From assembly GCA_030704615.1 (NCBI GenBank), contig CM060733.1, forward strand, positions 58,280,001 to 58,344,000: 64,000 nt of DNA. Direction: 5' to 3'. The notes under the pieces were generated by a model. The model was given only the letters and a program-made list of their open reading frames with translations. It made no database searches and was not told the origin of the DNA. This document shows, piece after piece, positions 13,208 through 25,349 of the stretch; within the stretch, counting starts at the first letter, position 1, and every line of letters starts with the position of its first letter. The position numbers and the translations under genes were made by a program. The stretch comes from Takakia lepidozioides. Taxonomy: Eukaryota; Plantae; Bryophyta.

Positions 13208-13820
13208 ATGTTTTCCCTGCTATATGGGCTCTGGAAATACCTCTTCACTGTAGCAGAATTCCATTTTCTTATTCTAGGGATCGACAAGGCAGGGAAGACA
13301 ACTCTTTTGGAGAAGCTCAAGACGCTCTACTCTGATTCTGAAGGGCTTCCACCGGATCGTATAGTGCCCACTGTTGGGCTCAACATTGGGCATGTTGAAG
13401 CCCACAAATCCAAGCTCATATTCTGGGATCTGGGGGGTCAATCAGGGTTGCGAACAATCTGGGAGAAGTACTATGAGGAGGCTCATGCTATTCTGTATGT
13501 GGTGGACTCTGCAAACCAATCCCGGTTTGAGGACACTAAATCGGCCCTAGAGAAGGTTTTTGAGACACGAGGACCTGCAAGGGGCTCCTATGCTGATCTT
13601 TGCTAACAAACAGGATTTGCCGGGGGAAGTTTCTGCGGAGGAACTCTCTCGTTACCTGGATCTGAAAAAGCTCAGCGAGCGGCCCTCATTGGTCCAAGCC
13701 TTGTCTGCAATTGATGGGTCAGGTGTTCGGGAAGGAGTACTGTGGCTGGTGGAGGCCATGAAGAAAACCAAGCGCACCGAAGAGCTAAACAAGAGGGCGG
13801 AATCGGGTGTCACTTTATAG
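13208..13820 (+). CDS. ARFRP1: ADP-ribosylation factor-related protein 1 (ARFRP1/ATGB1-type ARF-like GTPase), intronless, with one +1 frameshift in a T run (possible pseudogene or assembly error)
   Basis: MFSLLYGLWKYLF..LILGIDKAGKTT (P-loop), IVPTVGLNIG, FWDLGGQ, IWEKYYEEAHA, then in the second frame LRHEDLQGAPMLIFANKQDL. Removing one T at 13557-13561 gives a continuous 203-aa protein. Confidence 0.9.
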
Positions 13821-14719
13821 AGGTGAATTAGTACTGTTGTTGGCCCATACTCCCTCTTTCTTCCTCCGCTCGTCGAGCTATGCCACAGGGTCCGTGTCTT
13901 TGGGATCTCCAGAATGTTGGCGTGGTTGGTCAGAATTGTCTCAAAATTAGTCGTTTTGTCTATTCACTCTCCTCGACTAGTGCTCTGTCCTTGTAGAGAT
14001 GGCGGAAAGCCTGGGATCTGGTACAGAGGTCGCTTATGGAATTTTGCCTGAGGAATATAGCATCAGGTAAAGTTGGCGCAAAAATAGTACTGGTTTCAGT
14101 CTCTCTCTCTGGACTTGCACGAGCTATGCATATTAGTAGGAAGAGAGGCTTGCGATGTGGTACAGAGTATGGATGTTCGCTAAAAATGCACCGTTTGTAA
14201 GTAACAGTCATAGCAACTTGATCAGTGTCGTGGGTTGGAATCTCGCTCTCACCACACTCTGTATACATTCTCCCGCTTTGTAAACGTTTTAAAGTGTTGA
14301 GCTTCTTGCTTCTCTCTCTTCCTTGCACATGCTCCTCTAATCCTCGCAACTTTTCCCATCATTGTCAGTTCCACTCTCCCCTCTGTTCCTTGTCTTTGCC
14401 GGTCATCTCTGTCTAAACCTATTTGGCTTCACCTCTAAGATTCCTCACACAGAAGGTGATCATCACGGGGTTTTAATGAAGAGTTTTATGTTCATTCTAG
14501 TTTAGGAGTTTCTCCCTTCTTGCCTCTTCCTACAAGCAAACCATTGTGTAATTTTCACTATGTTTTATCTTTCCAGCCTTCACCTGTCATCCTATGTCTT
14601 TATTTCTCTTTGTATATATGGGGATGCCTAATCCTCTCCATCCGATCCTCTCCTTTCCACCTCACTTTTTCCTCCCTCTCTCTGGTTTCGCTTTTTCTAG
14701 TCTTGCGATTGTTCCGGCT

Positions 14720-15100
14720 TTGTGAGACAGAACGCAAGTGCAGGACAGATATAGAGGCTGTCATGGAGAAGCATGAGACACAATTACAGAAGATCTTTGC
14801 AGAGGCAATGCAATTGAAGTCGGTTGATACTGGGACGCAGCTTCATGGTGCCGACGGAAAATCTAACAGGAACTCTTGAGTGTGTTGTCTGCTTTGAAGA
14901 GATGGATGGTAGGAAACCCAGTCGGGGATGGAGGCACTGACACCATAATTCCAGGAATAGACTGTTGCTTATTCCTTGCAGGCATGCTAGTGTGTGCATT
15001 CTGTGTGCAATGATTGTAAGGAAGTCAGCAAATCAGTGCCCTGTTTGCAGAGCCAAGCTCACCAAGAGACCTATAAACCTTCCGTCAGTAATTTGTCTGT
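14720..15100 (+). pseudogene. C3HC4 (RING-HC) zinc-finger gene fragment preceded by a coiled-coil-like segment
   Basis: ECVVCFEE..LLIPCRHASVCILCA..NQCPVCRA (14881-15051), with one in-frame stop and a frameshift relative to the upstream piece. Confidence 0.7.
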
Positions 15101-16092
15101 GAAGTTCTCAGCAGAAGTGTCATTGGACTTCCATCAAGTGACTTAGGTACTGGTGATCTCTTTTGGAGACTGCTCACTGGAAATCATAATCTTTTGCTTG
15201 GAGTAGAGTCAGCCCAGGCCTTTTCCAATCCTTAGCAATGGAGGCTTGCCATGATCTTACACAGGGGTTGAGGGTTTCCATACAGAAGATGTTCGTTAAC
15301 TATTGCGGTCCCTACAAATCAAAATCTAGCACCAGCCTTTGCAGGTTTAGAAGATCAGTTGTACCTATTTGCCAAGTGCTAAGGTTTTTGAATCTGGATT
15401 CTTACATGATCACCCCGTAGGGCTGGTAGAGTCAAGATACATTCGACTTCTGTGAGAGAGATGGCTGCACTGTCTTGGGGAAGACTTTGAAACCAGATCA
15501 GATGTCAAACCCTTTGGTAAGATATTCTTTGACCTTTGGGTCACGTTCTTGATGTTTCCGCCATTTCTGCCAAGGGTACAAATAAGATAAGAAGTGGGAT
15601 CTATCCTTGACTTCTTTATAGAGGATATTTTGGTGGAGCTTGAGTTGTATGCTTGGCTTGAATTTGGGTCATGTTCTTGATGTTTCTGCCATTGTTTGTG
15701 GAACAATAGGCTCATGTTCCATTCTATCACATTTCTTCATTGTATTCAATGAATGAGACATTTGGCACCAGCTTGCAACTACTTATCCCTGGTGTTTGTA
15801 TTAACATTAATGTGGTGAATGCTCTTCTTCACTTTCTTCCAGTATTTACGTGTTTAGGTTTAGAAATTGCCACAGGGTCTGAAATCAATGGGGTTTTTAC
15901 ACCAAGAGTAACTGCTGGATCCTGTACACGCATGACCCCTCCCTGCAAAAAGTTTTTGAGACGAAACTTGATTCTATATGCGTGACTGTAATCACTTATC
16001 AGCTGGGGCTTGAGATTTGTAACCCAGGAGAAGCACATGATTGGCTTCATCATAATTCCAATTCTTTCCCACGATACATGCTAAAGTCTTAG

Positions 16093-16200
16093 CATGTCCG
16101 CAATTGAATAGCCTCCATCAATCAAAAACTACTGACCTGTTAATCTCTTCTCCAAAACTCCAAGGAGGCGTTTTGATTCCTTTTTGTAACACTTGAACCA
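16093..16200 (-). pseudogene. Glutathione S-transferase C-terminal fragment, Ure2p/nu (YfcG/YghU)-like
   Basis: Translates to YKKESKRLLGVLEKRLTGQ*FLIDGGYSIADM, matching the ExxRLxGVLxxRL..YSIAD signature; one stop; isolated fragment. Confidence 0.6.
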
Positions 16201-16949
16201 CTGGTCATGCAGGTTATGTTGGGTGATGATACGAGTAACAGAACCGCACAGAACCGCAGCCGACGACATCCCATTCAGTTTGGGCTGTACTGATACTATG
16301 TAAGATTGCATTGTCTCCTTGCTGTATTCTGTTTTGGGGGAGTTTGCGAGTCAATACAAGAGTTTAGAAATAGCATCTGGTTTGATACATTTACTTTCCA
16401 AGAAAAGGGGTAGTAACTGAAAGGTAGTTCCGCTGAAGCTTCTCTCAAACTATTATAGGATCCTGCAAACACTCATGACCTTGAGCAAAATAAATGGGTA
16501 GTCTCAACCTATGATGGTGTGAAACTTTGTGTCATGATATTGGTAACTTCCAATCTAGTACAGCTATCTTCAGATGGAAGAGGGCATATGAAATGTGTCA
16601 AGTGAAATGAATTTTTAGACAATTGCAACTCAGGAGAACAAATCTTCTCAGGTCTTATGAAGTGGAAAAATAAGAATTTCAACAACAAATTAAACAACTT
16701 TGTAGACCTTCAATAAACTTAAACACGATTAAATTAAATTACACACAATCTTGCCATCCTTGTACAACATGGTTTATGGCAGAAAATTGGCAAAGAAATC
16801 TATGATTCCCCTCAGGTTTTGGCCCCACTAGCTATCAGTGGGCTTCATTTGTGTGAGCTCAGCTATCAACTTGGAAAGTGGGATTAGACCCCATGCAATA
16901 ATCTCCAATTGCGCAGTGTTGGTTTGAGTGTTTAAACATTGACAGTCCA

Positions 16950-17960
16950 AAGCCAATGAGCTGCACCAGTGATCATCTGATTCTGGACACAAACCCTTCA
17001 CCTTTACTATTGCAAACAATACACTTTGATAAAACGTGCCAAGTGTGTTTCTCAATCCACTATTGCAGGAGGTGGGGCAAGAAAAACAACAACAGTGCCT
17101 GCGACATATTGGAACTAAATTAAGACATAGGCTTCTAACTTTTGGCAAGCTTGCTCATGCATTTCCCTTATGATATCAGCCACTTCCTTCAGCAGTTCCT
17201 TCTCATCTCTCCAAGCCTCGTCATCTTCACGACTGTAACTGTCTTTTGTTATCTCCAACGGAGGGAAGCTGAGTTCCACTAGTAGTACTAACATCCACTA
17301 GAAGTAGAGTATACCTTCCGAACCAAGAAACTCTGAGGTATATCCTTGCAATATTATAGAGCCATGTTCGCAAGAAAAAGTCAAAGACCAGAGGTATATC
17401 TATTCCAAGGTCATAAACTGTATCTGAACCACACCAGTACTGTGTATGTGCTGTATATGTACTTTAGAGCCTTCTTGACCCCTTGAATGGCCTGCTGTAG
17501 ACTCTCTTGCCATCACGCCAACAACTTTGCTTAACTTCCTCCAAATCCATAAGTTTACTAGCGTGCTTGAGGTCGAGATGGTGCTGGTACCCTCTCCGTA
17601 GCTTCAATGCGCTGGCCCTCATTTTCTCCTGAATTAATGTCATTCCCTCCTCAGGCTTCCCAGTCTCCTTGAACCCCATCACCTCCTCCACTTGCCTCTT
17701 CAAGCTCGATTCATGTGCTTCCCATCTGCCTGCGGATTCCAACTTCCTGAAACACACACCCTCCTTAGACTTCCCGAAGTTCTCCTTCAACCCCATAAGG
17801 TCCTACTCCGCCTGCCCCTTTAATGGCTCCGGCTCATTAGGCTTCCACTTCTTAGAGAGATTATCCGCCGCCACCTCCTCCACCTTCATCTTTTCACGCT
17901 TGAAGATTTTGACATGCAGGCTCCCACTTGTAGTCACCTTGGCGGAAATCGCCATGTAGT
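16950..17960 (-). pseudogene. Unidentified degraded coding sequence (charged, helical protein)
   Basis: Near-open stretches MAISAKV..KKWKPNEPEP..LKLRRGYQHHLDL and ELSFPPLEITKD..KELLKEVADIIREMHEQACQKL with scattered stops; family not recognised. Confidence 0.3.
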
Positions 17961-19109
17961 CCCGCTTCACCATCATGAGCAAGTATAAGCAAGACTAGGC
18001 CTAGCAAGAGCTGGAAAAAGAGCAACGTGGTAAGGAAACCTGGTCGACAAAGATGATAAGAGAGAGCAAGAGTACCGGGGCTCGAGAACAAAGCTAAGCG
18101 CAGGACAAAGATGATGAGAAGATGCGAAGCGTGCCTAGAGAGAAGAGCGATCACGCTTAAACAATGGCAGAGAACAGTCGAGCACCACGTGTCCATAAGA
18201 TCTGGATACCTGCCACCTGCCACCTTTTTGCTCTAAAAATACTAAAAGTAACTAGAGTTCTAGCTACTTTTCAGTTTTGACATACCAATCTTAAGTGAGT
18301 CGGAACACGATAAAAGATCGATCTTGCTCTGATCTCTGCATGGGCTCACGTACCTGCAGGGCAGAGCCAAAGGATGCGGGTGACAAAACCATGTACAGCG
18401 AGCATGCATGGACAAGCTTCCCTACTCGAATCGAGTCCGCCAGCATTCCCAATGACATGCAGCGCTATGCAAAAATAATGTTGTTGTGTTTCGCACCCAG
18501 GTCGCCCTGGAAGAAGGTGAGCCATTGCTAAGTTGTGGTTTGTTCACTTGCTTTGTCACCCGGCCTCTTCCAATCTCTCCCTCCCACTTTGGGAGGAACC
18601 GGTGCAGTCTCCCATTGTACATACCTCAGGATCGTTTTGAGTATGCACAGAGCATGGAGGAATTGGAACAACTTTGGAGGAGTTGATTCTGAAGCTGTGA
18701 AGTGAACTCGGTAGTTGATCCACGGTTACTCATAGTAAACCATTGAATGGGCTGGTGGACAGGGTGCAAGTTGATTGACGCGACGGTGGAGAGTTTTAAG
18801 CCTGTCAAAATCCATCGTCCGAGCCTCATCTAGTTTGTTGCATACACTGCATGCCCCGTACTGGGCTGGATTGAGTTTGGTTGATGGCATTCTGTGTTTG
18901 TGCATAGGGTTATGAAGGCCATAAGGTCGGAAACAGTGTCCCCACAGAGATTCATCGATGTGTGGGGATTTTTCGTCAAGTCAGGTAAGGAACGCCGATA
19001 TATGTAGATTGTGATAGATCCATGCCCATACAGGAACACTGACTTAACAGAGACGATTGAGTTGGAGAATTTATTGATCAATTGATGCATTCATCACCAT
19101 GCATTTAGC

Positions 19110-20462
19110 TCAGCTTTAAGGGTGACTGCGAGGTGACTGCCCCACTTTCTACATGACCACTAATAGTGCGTGTGCGGGACAACTTTGGTGCCCATTCTGC
19201 GATTAGAAAGTTGAAAGTCCCATTGCAACGCCCTAGTAGTTCGAACGGATCTATAGGTTCTTGGAGTCAAATTTTTCACCCAAATCATGAGTAGACTTCT
19301 GAAAACAAACAACCATGCCATGGCCCGTCTCATCGTACTTTCTGCACATCCGCCAGCTTGCTGGAGTGCCCTGTTGAAGTCGTGCTATTTCTATACCACC
19401 GACGAAAGAATTTACTGCATTATACAATTTGGGTTGTAATAAGGGGCTCGGGGGTTTAGAGTGAGGGTTTATGTTCGGTGATTTTGCCATAGCGTAAGGG
19501 AGAGTGAGGCAGGCATTATGAATACCCGGGATTGCCATGAGCGCCTTCATTCTTTTTCATGTCTCGGGGCATGAAATTGTAAGATAGGTACTTAACTGCC
19601 GACCACCTAAAAATCGAATCTCTCTCGTCTTATGCTACGCATTCCTGTTCTACCTTCACCAAGTAACACCTCTAATCTCGAACATAGTTTTGCAAACTGA
19701 AATGACCGCTATATTTACAGGAATGATGACGAACACTCTTTCTACAGGCGAGGCGATCCCTGCTTGTTCCGCCCAACAGGGCGCAGGGTCTATGGCCACA
19801 AGGTTACAGCAAACGTGTTATGAGTAATGGAATGCTGGTCTAAATTAGTCTAAACAGGTGAAGGGGGAGCAGTTTGCCTCTGCATGATCTACTATTGGTC
19901 CACCAATTTCTTTGATTGAGAAAAGGCTCGACCCACAACATTCACACACTATTTTTTCATTGGGTGAGTTATATCCATCTGCTCCAAATTCTTGACATTC
20001 TTTTTGCTTCGGTGTGAGCACATGGACACCAAAACTACATTGGTGATATGCAACTACCCAGAAACAAGCCCATCATTTCACTGGTGGCAAGTGGCACCTT
20101 TGTGGTTTGTGAATCAAGTTGTTATGGAGTTTTGTTGCAGTTCTCAGGCATTGCCAGCACAGGCCATCTTGCAAGTAGTCCTGGTTTAGGGAGTCCCGTT
20201 ACAGCCGACCCAGTTACTAAAGGTGGCCATTGGGTGAATCAATCAGTCCTTGGAAGAGGATTGGGGTAGCCGCACAGCCGTTAGTCACCTTCTTTGTAGG
20301 ACTCAACGACTCAACCTAATAGATCCGTTCAAACTAGTAGGACGTTGAGAGACCTTGCATCATGGGACTTCCAACTTTCTAATCGGAGAATGGGCACCAA
20401 AGTTGTCCCCCTGACACACTAATAGTGGTCATCGAAAGTGAGGCAGTCACCCTTACAGCTGA
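19110..20462. mobile_element. Long-TIR element (~150-bp inverted arms; MULE/Pack-type architecture), TSD not resolved
   Basis: 19110-19258 (TCAGCTTTAAGGGTGACTGC..GGGACAACTTTGGTGCCCATTCT..GAACGGATCTA) matches the reverse complement of 20313-20462. Confidence 0.7.
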
Positions 20463-20604
20463 AGGAGGCATGCATACCCCTCACAGTGTACCTCGTTCAC
20501 TTTTAACTGCTCTGCGAAGATGTCAACCCCCGCGGACAGTCACAGAAGTATATATAGGGAGTAGCCATGAGGCAAGAGAAAAGGCCATTGAAGAGGCTTA
20601 GGGT

Positions 20605-21282
20605 GTGGAAGTGACAGATGCCCATGTAAGCGAGGGACACACAGAAACGGTGGATCCCTCCAAGACAGCAGAAACAGGCAGTAACACACTGGCTGCATCC
20701 TTACCGGTTACACCATCGCGGGTGGGAGCAGCCCCTGCAATTACCCATACGGTGGAGACTGGGGGAGGGGATAGAACACCACAAAGACCATGGAATGTGG
20801 GAGGTGGAGGTGAAGACGGGGAGAGGGCACGAGGTGCTTCCGCCGGGATTGACGAAGTTGAGGACGACGAGAGGGACCTTTCTGACCAGGATGAAATCCT
20901 CCCGGAGATCCCCAGGCCCCAAACCCGGAGCATACAGGTTGGATTTGGTGGTTCTGGTGGACTGCCGGAGAACCTCCCTGCAGCAGACGTCATGTCGGAG
21001 GCGGATATGAAGTTGGCCGCTGCCAAGATGTTGGAGGCAACCCACAGCAACATTGGCAGGGTCCTGGGGGGCATGGTGTACCCGGAAAAGCTTCGGATTT
21101 CTCTCTGCCGCTTGGTATCATTGCAGGTGGTGAGACTTGCCCTACCAGACGATATCGACAAGCTCAAATTCTCTTTCCGAGAGGGATATCGAATGGGGTC
21201 TGCTAATAACGCGACAAAGCAAGGTTTTCTTGACCTCAGAGTTAATCCCGTGAGACTCAGCGCTTTGCCCTTGCCAGTTTAA
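20605..21282 (+). other. 225-aa ORF of unknown function, low-complexity N-terminus; probably a TE (LINE ORF1-like) fragment
   Basis: One of the longer uninterrupted ORFs, but no recognised domain and no ATG start; its end runs into an antisense LINE fragment at ~21245. Confidence 0.3.
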
Positions 21283-21757
21283 ACAACTTTCTGGATATGT
21301 GCATTCCAGTTACAGTTGGAGGAAAACTCAATGAGAGAGAGAGATTGTACTCATAAGACGTTGTTTGCCGTAGCCTTGTGGCCATTGACCCCGCGCCCAG
21401 TTTGAGCGGGAACAAAAGGGACAGAACCTACCTCTGTCAGGGGCTGACGTTGGTAGTAAGACTGACCTCCATATATAGAATTAACCCGGGTTTTCCAGAT
21501 ATCCTCTAGAAATCCCTTCACACAAGCATCAATCTGCTGTGTGTGATTTGCCCAAAAACTAGGCCTCAGGAGGGCCTGGGCTTTTGGCTCAGCCTCGAGA
21601 CTTTCAAAGTTGGTAAACAGGGGTACAGGCACAATACCCTTAATAGATTTGAAGAGAGCGTCTCTTTGGTGAGAGAACCCCGGACAGTGTATCAGAAAAT
21701 GAATATTGTCTTCAGATTGCCCACACAACGGGCAATGAGAGAGAGAGAGAGAGAGAG
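21245..21757 (-). mobile_element. LINE family A (RTE/RTEX-like) 3' fragment flanked by (GA)n
   Basis: [28 protein letters not shown]-terminal CCHC region and 3' end ..GGCCACAAGGCTACGGCAAACAACGTCTTATGAGTACA followed by (TC)n; near-identical to 22605-23046. Confidence 0.85.
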
Positions 21758-21769
21758 ATTACTCATTTT

Positions 21770-22033
21770 CCTCCTGGTGGGAAAGCTTCATGGAGCCCCA
21801 CTCTCCCAAAAACCATGGGGTTGGGGTACCATTGGATGGGGGACCAACACAATCAGATCTCCTCTACGCTGATGATGTTGCCCTTTTGGCACAATCCCCG
21901 GTCTTCCTGCAACGCCATCTCAAAATTTTGGAACAATTCTGCAAAGACTATGGGATGCAAGTCAATCTTAGCAAGACCAAGATCATGGTCTTCAATGGCC
22001 AGGCTGATCGTAGATTCATCTTCAACCAGCAGG
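21770..22033 (+). mobile_element. LINE reverse transcriptase fragment (YADD)
   Basis: LLYADDVALLAQS..LQRHLKILEQFC..MQVNLSKTKIMVF. Confidence 0.9.
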
Positions 22034-22034
22034 A

Positions 22035-22984
22035 TGGAGTACGCATCTGCTATATGGGTTGATAACTCCAACCAGGCTAAGTCTCTAGAATCCATTCAAG
22101 TGGGGGTGCTTAAGGAGTGCATGTCAGCATGCTCCAAAACAGCCAATGTGGTTGTTCGGGGTGAGTTTGGCATCCTTCCTTAAGCTCCCGACGAGATGAA
22201 TTCAAGGTCAGATGGTGGGGTCAGTTGCAACAACGTCCAACACCAGATATCTAAGTTAATCGACTCTATATCTTGGAAACAAGACTGCCCTGTCAAACAG
22301 GCTAAGTCCTGGCAGAAGAGAGTAGAAGAGATTCTCAAGGATCTGAATCTGGACCTGCAAGTCTTGACCCTGCTGGATAAATCTGACTTAGAGACCGTAG
22401 TGTCCAAAGCCATGTCTGTTACCAGAAAATTGTCTGATGAAAATGAAGTTAGGCAGAAAACTTCCCTGAACCTGTTTCCAGTCTGTGACATCATGGATGA
22501 CCTCAAGGGTCTACCCACTCATGGCACCAGACTGAAATTTAAACTCAGGGCAGGAAGCCTACCTTTGAACAGTAAACAGAAGCAGAGAGGAAAAGGAGAG
22601 TGCAATTGCCCGTTGTGTGGGCAACCCAAAGATAATATTCATTTCCTGATACACTGCCGGGGTACTCTCACCAGAGAGACGCTCTCCTCAAATCTATCAA
22701 GGGAATTGTGCCTGTACCAATGTTTACCAACTTTGAAAGTCTCGAGGCTGAGCCAACAGCCCAGGCCCTACTGAGGCCTAGTTACTGGGCAAACCACACA
22801 CAGCAGATTGATGCTTGTGTGAAGGGATTTCTAGGGGATATCTGGAAAACCCGGATCAATGTTCTTTACCAATTACTACCGACGTCGGCCCCTGACAGAG
22901 GCAGGTTCTGTCCCTTTGTGTTCCGCTCAAACTGGGCGCGGGGTCAATGGCCACAAGGCTACGGCAAACAACGTCTTATGAGTA

Positions 22985-23046
<62 letters not shown>
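22035..23046 (+). mobile_element. LINE family A 5'-truncated copy ending in a long (TC)n tail
   Basis: EYASAIWV..VVRGEFGI..RLKFKLRAGSLPL..CNCPLCGQ..HFLIHC; (TC)n at ~22988-23046. Confidence 0.88.
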
Positions 23047-23051
<5 letters not shown>

Positions 23052-23379
23052 CTATATGAGATATATATGGGGCTTAGTGTCTTTATGACCGTAGACAATT
23101 TTGGCCTTAAATTGTCACCCACTGAGCAGAGCTATACCTGGTTGTCATTTTGCAAACTATCACAACACACTGCCTAGTAGTGTGTCCTTCTCTTCACCCT
23201 GAAATTTGGATAGGGTTTTGAACATAACTCACCAAACTTTTTCATCCATCTGGTGTTGTCCTTTTGCGTGGGGGTAGGCTCATGATCAAACCCTCTCCCT
23301 CTCTCTTTCTCTCTCTCTCTCCCCTTTTTGTGTTCCGCTCAAACTGATGTCTCTCTTTCTTTCTCTCTTTTGGCTCTGA

Positions 23380-25348
23380 TTTTGGTTCCTCTCTCATGTT
23401 TTCTTCCATTTTGTCCCATAAGCTCTATGAGCTCTCCGCGGATGTTATAAAGCACCATTTCATTTCATTTCTCTTGTTTTTTCCATTTTGTCCATAAGCT
23501 CTTGAGCTTTTCGCGGTCGTTATAAAGTAGCAATTGAGATTGTGAAATCATACCGGTGCCTGGGTCTGGTTATCCACTCCCCCAAGTTTCACTTTGCAGC
23601 CACTGCCCTGGACAGATTGACTAAAGGTAAGGCGGCCTCCGTCCACCTTCAGGCCAAATGCAAGCAAATACATCTGCGTCATCCCCCAACCAAAAAGTGG
23701 CTGTTTGACACCGTCGTCAGCCCTGCTACCATCTATGGTTGTGAGTTCTGGGCACCTGGTGTCCCTGTCTCTTGGTGGGAATAGAATTTGGAACCATTAC
23801 AGTCATCTTTTCTCCAAGCAATGCTTGGCGCCAGGAGCACAACTCCATCTCAGATCCTAGGTGCAGAGTTCGCATGTGTACCATTGCAATCCGAGCCCCT
23901 CTTCCGGCTTACAATCTTTCTCCATAGATTACAGGCCCTTTCACCCAAGGGGCTCATGGCAAGGGCCCTCACAACATCTATGAGGCTCAAAGCTGCAGGT
24001 TTCGGGAACTCCTGGTATGCTCAAGTGGACAGTTTATTTCAACGCAACGGACTTTCTACTGCTTTCCTATTACCAATGAATCCAGATGAGGTGGACATCA
24101 CATCCAGACATGACCGCAACAGACTCATTAGGAGAGAGCTTATGGAATTACATGTCAAGAGAACTTGGAAGCTACCCAATCTCACGACAAAGCTCCACTT
24201 CTATCGAGAGACATTCTTAGTGCTCCGCGATGATAGAATCTTGAGACCAAATTACCTTTCAGCATCCTTATCTCCTTCCCTCCTGCGGGCATTGGGGCGG
24301 TTCAGGGTGGGTTCCCACAACCTACGGATAGAGACTGGCAGATGGGAAAACCTGCAACGGGAGGACCGCCTATGTCCAGCTTGCATAGGGCGCAGCAACG
24401 AAATTGAAACTGAAGAACACTTCTTCTTCTACTGCTCTCTATACTACGAGATCCGTGGGAGATTCCACTGTTTATTCAGTGGAACCCAAACTCTCACTGA
24501 TGTCTTCCACTGTGAGGATCAAAAAATGCTTGGCAGCCTACCTGCACGAGGCCTTTACCCTTAGACAATCGCTAAAACATTAATTGTGGTTTCTGGATTT
24601 CTTCCTCTCTCATGTTTTCTTCCATTTTGTCCCATAAGCTCTATGAGCTTTCCGCGGACGTTATAAAGCACCATTTCATTTCATTTCATTTCTCCATTCC
24701 AAAAAACTTCTCTATAGTTCCATTTCCTGCAAAGCATCCAGAATTCAAAGCCACGAATTAAAAGTTTTTTATGGAACTGCGGAAAAAGGGAGGGAGAGGA
24801 TGGGGCGTCAGTGCCAGCTCCCTATGACCCTTGACTTAGACATGTTGGGCCTGCCTGGGGTTCTCACTTCTCACCGCTAGGCATTGGTTCTCCGAGATGA
24901 TAGAATCTTGCGGCCCAATTAACTTTATCTCCTTCCCTCCTGAGGACATTGGGGCGGTTCAGGGTGGGCTCCCACAACCTCCTGATAGAGACTGGCAGAT
25001 GGGAAACTTGCAACGAGAGGACCGTCTATGTCCAGCTTGCACAGGGCTAAACCGGGAGATTGAAGCTGAAGAACACTTCTTCTTCTATTGCCCTCTATAC
25101 TACAAGATCCCCATGGGAGATTCCACTGTCTATTCCGCGGAACCCAATCTCTCAGTGAAGTCTTCCACTATGAGGATCAGAAATGCTTGGCAGCTTACCT
25201 GAACGAGGCCTTCACCCTTAGACAATCACTCGAGCAATAGTTTTGGTTTTTGGCTCTGGTTTTGTTTCCTCTCTCACGTTTTCTTCCATTGTGTCCCATA
25301 AGCTCTATGAACTTTCCGCGGACGTTATAAAGCACCATTTCATTTCAT
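23380..25348 (+). mobile_element. Cluster of LINE family B (RTE/RTEX-like) 3' fragments with (CATTT)n tails
   Basis: YRCLG..IYGCEFW, then a 258-aa ORF with FRVGSHNLRIETGRW..RLCPAC..ETEEHFFFYCSLY. The 3' UTR AAGCTCTATGAGCTTTCCGCGGACGTTATAAAGCAC(CATTT)n recurs near 23460, 24680 and 25340. Confidence 0.88.
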
Positions 25349-25349
25349 G

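Noticed and set aside
13551-13565. Programmed ribosomal frameshift in ARFRP1
   Set aside because: A one-base indel in a T run is more simply a mutation or sequencing error; no supporting stimulatory structure was seen.
18295-19070. Host gene in overlapping short ORFs
   Set aside because: All frames are interrupted and no family motif was recognised.
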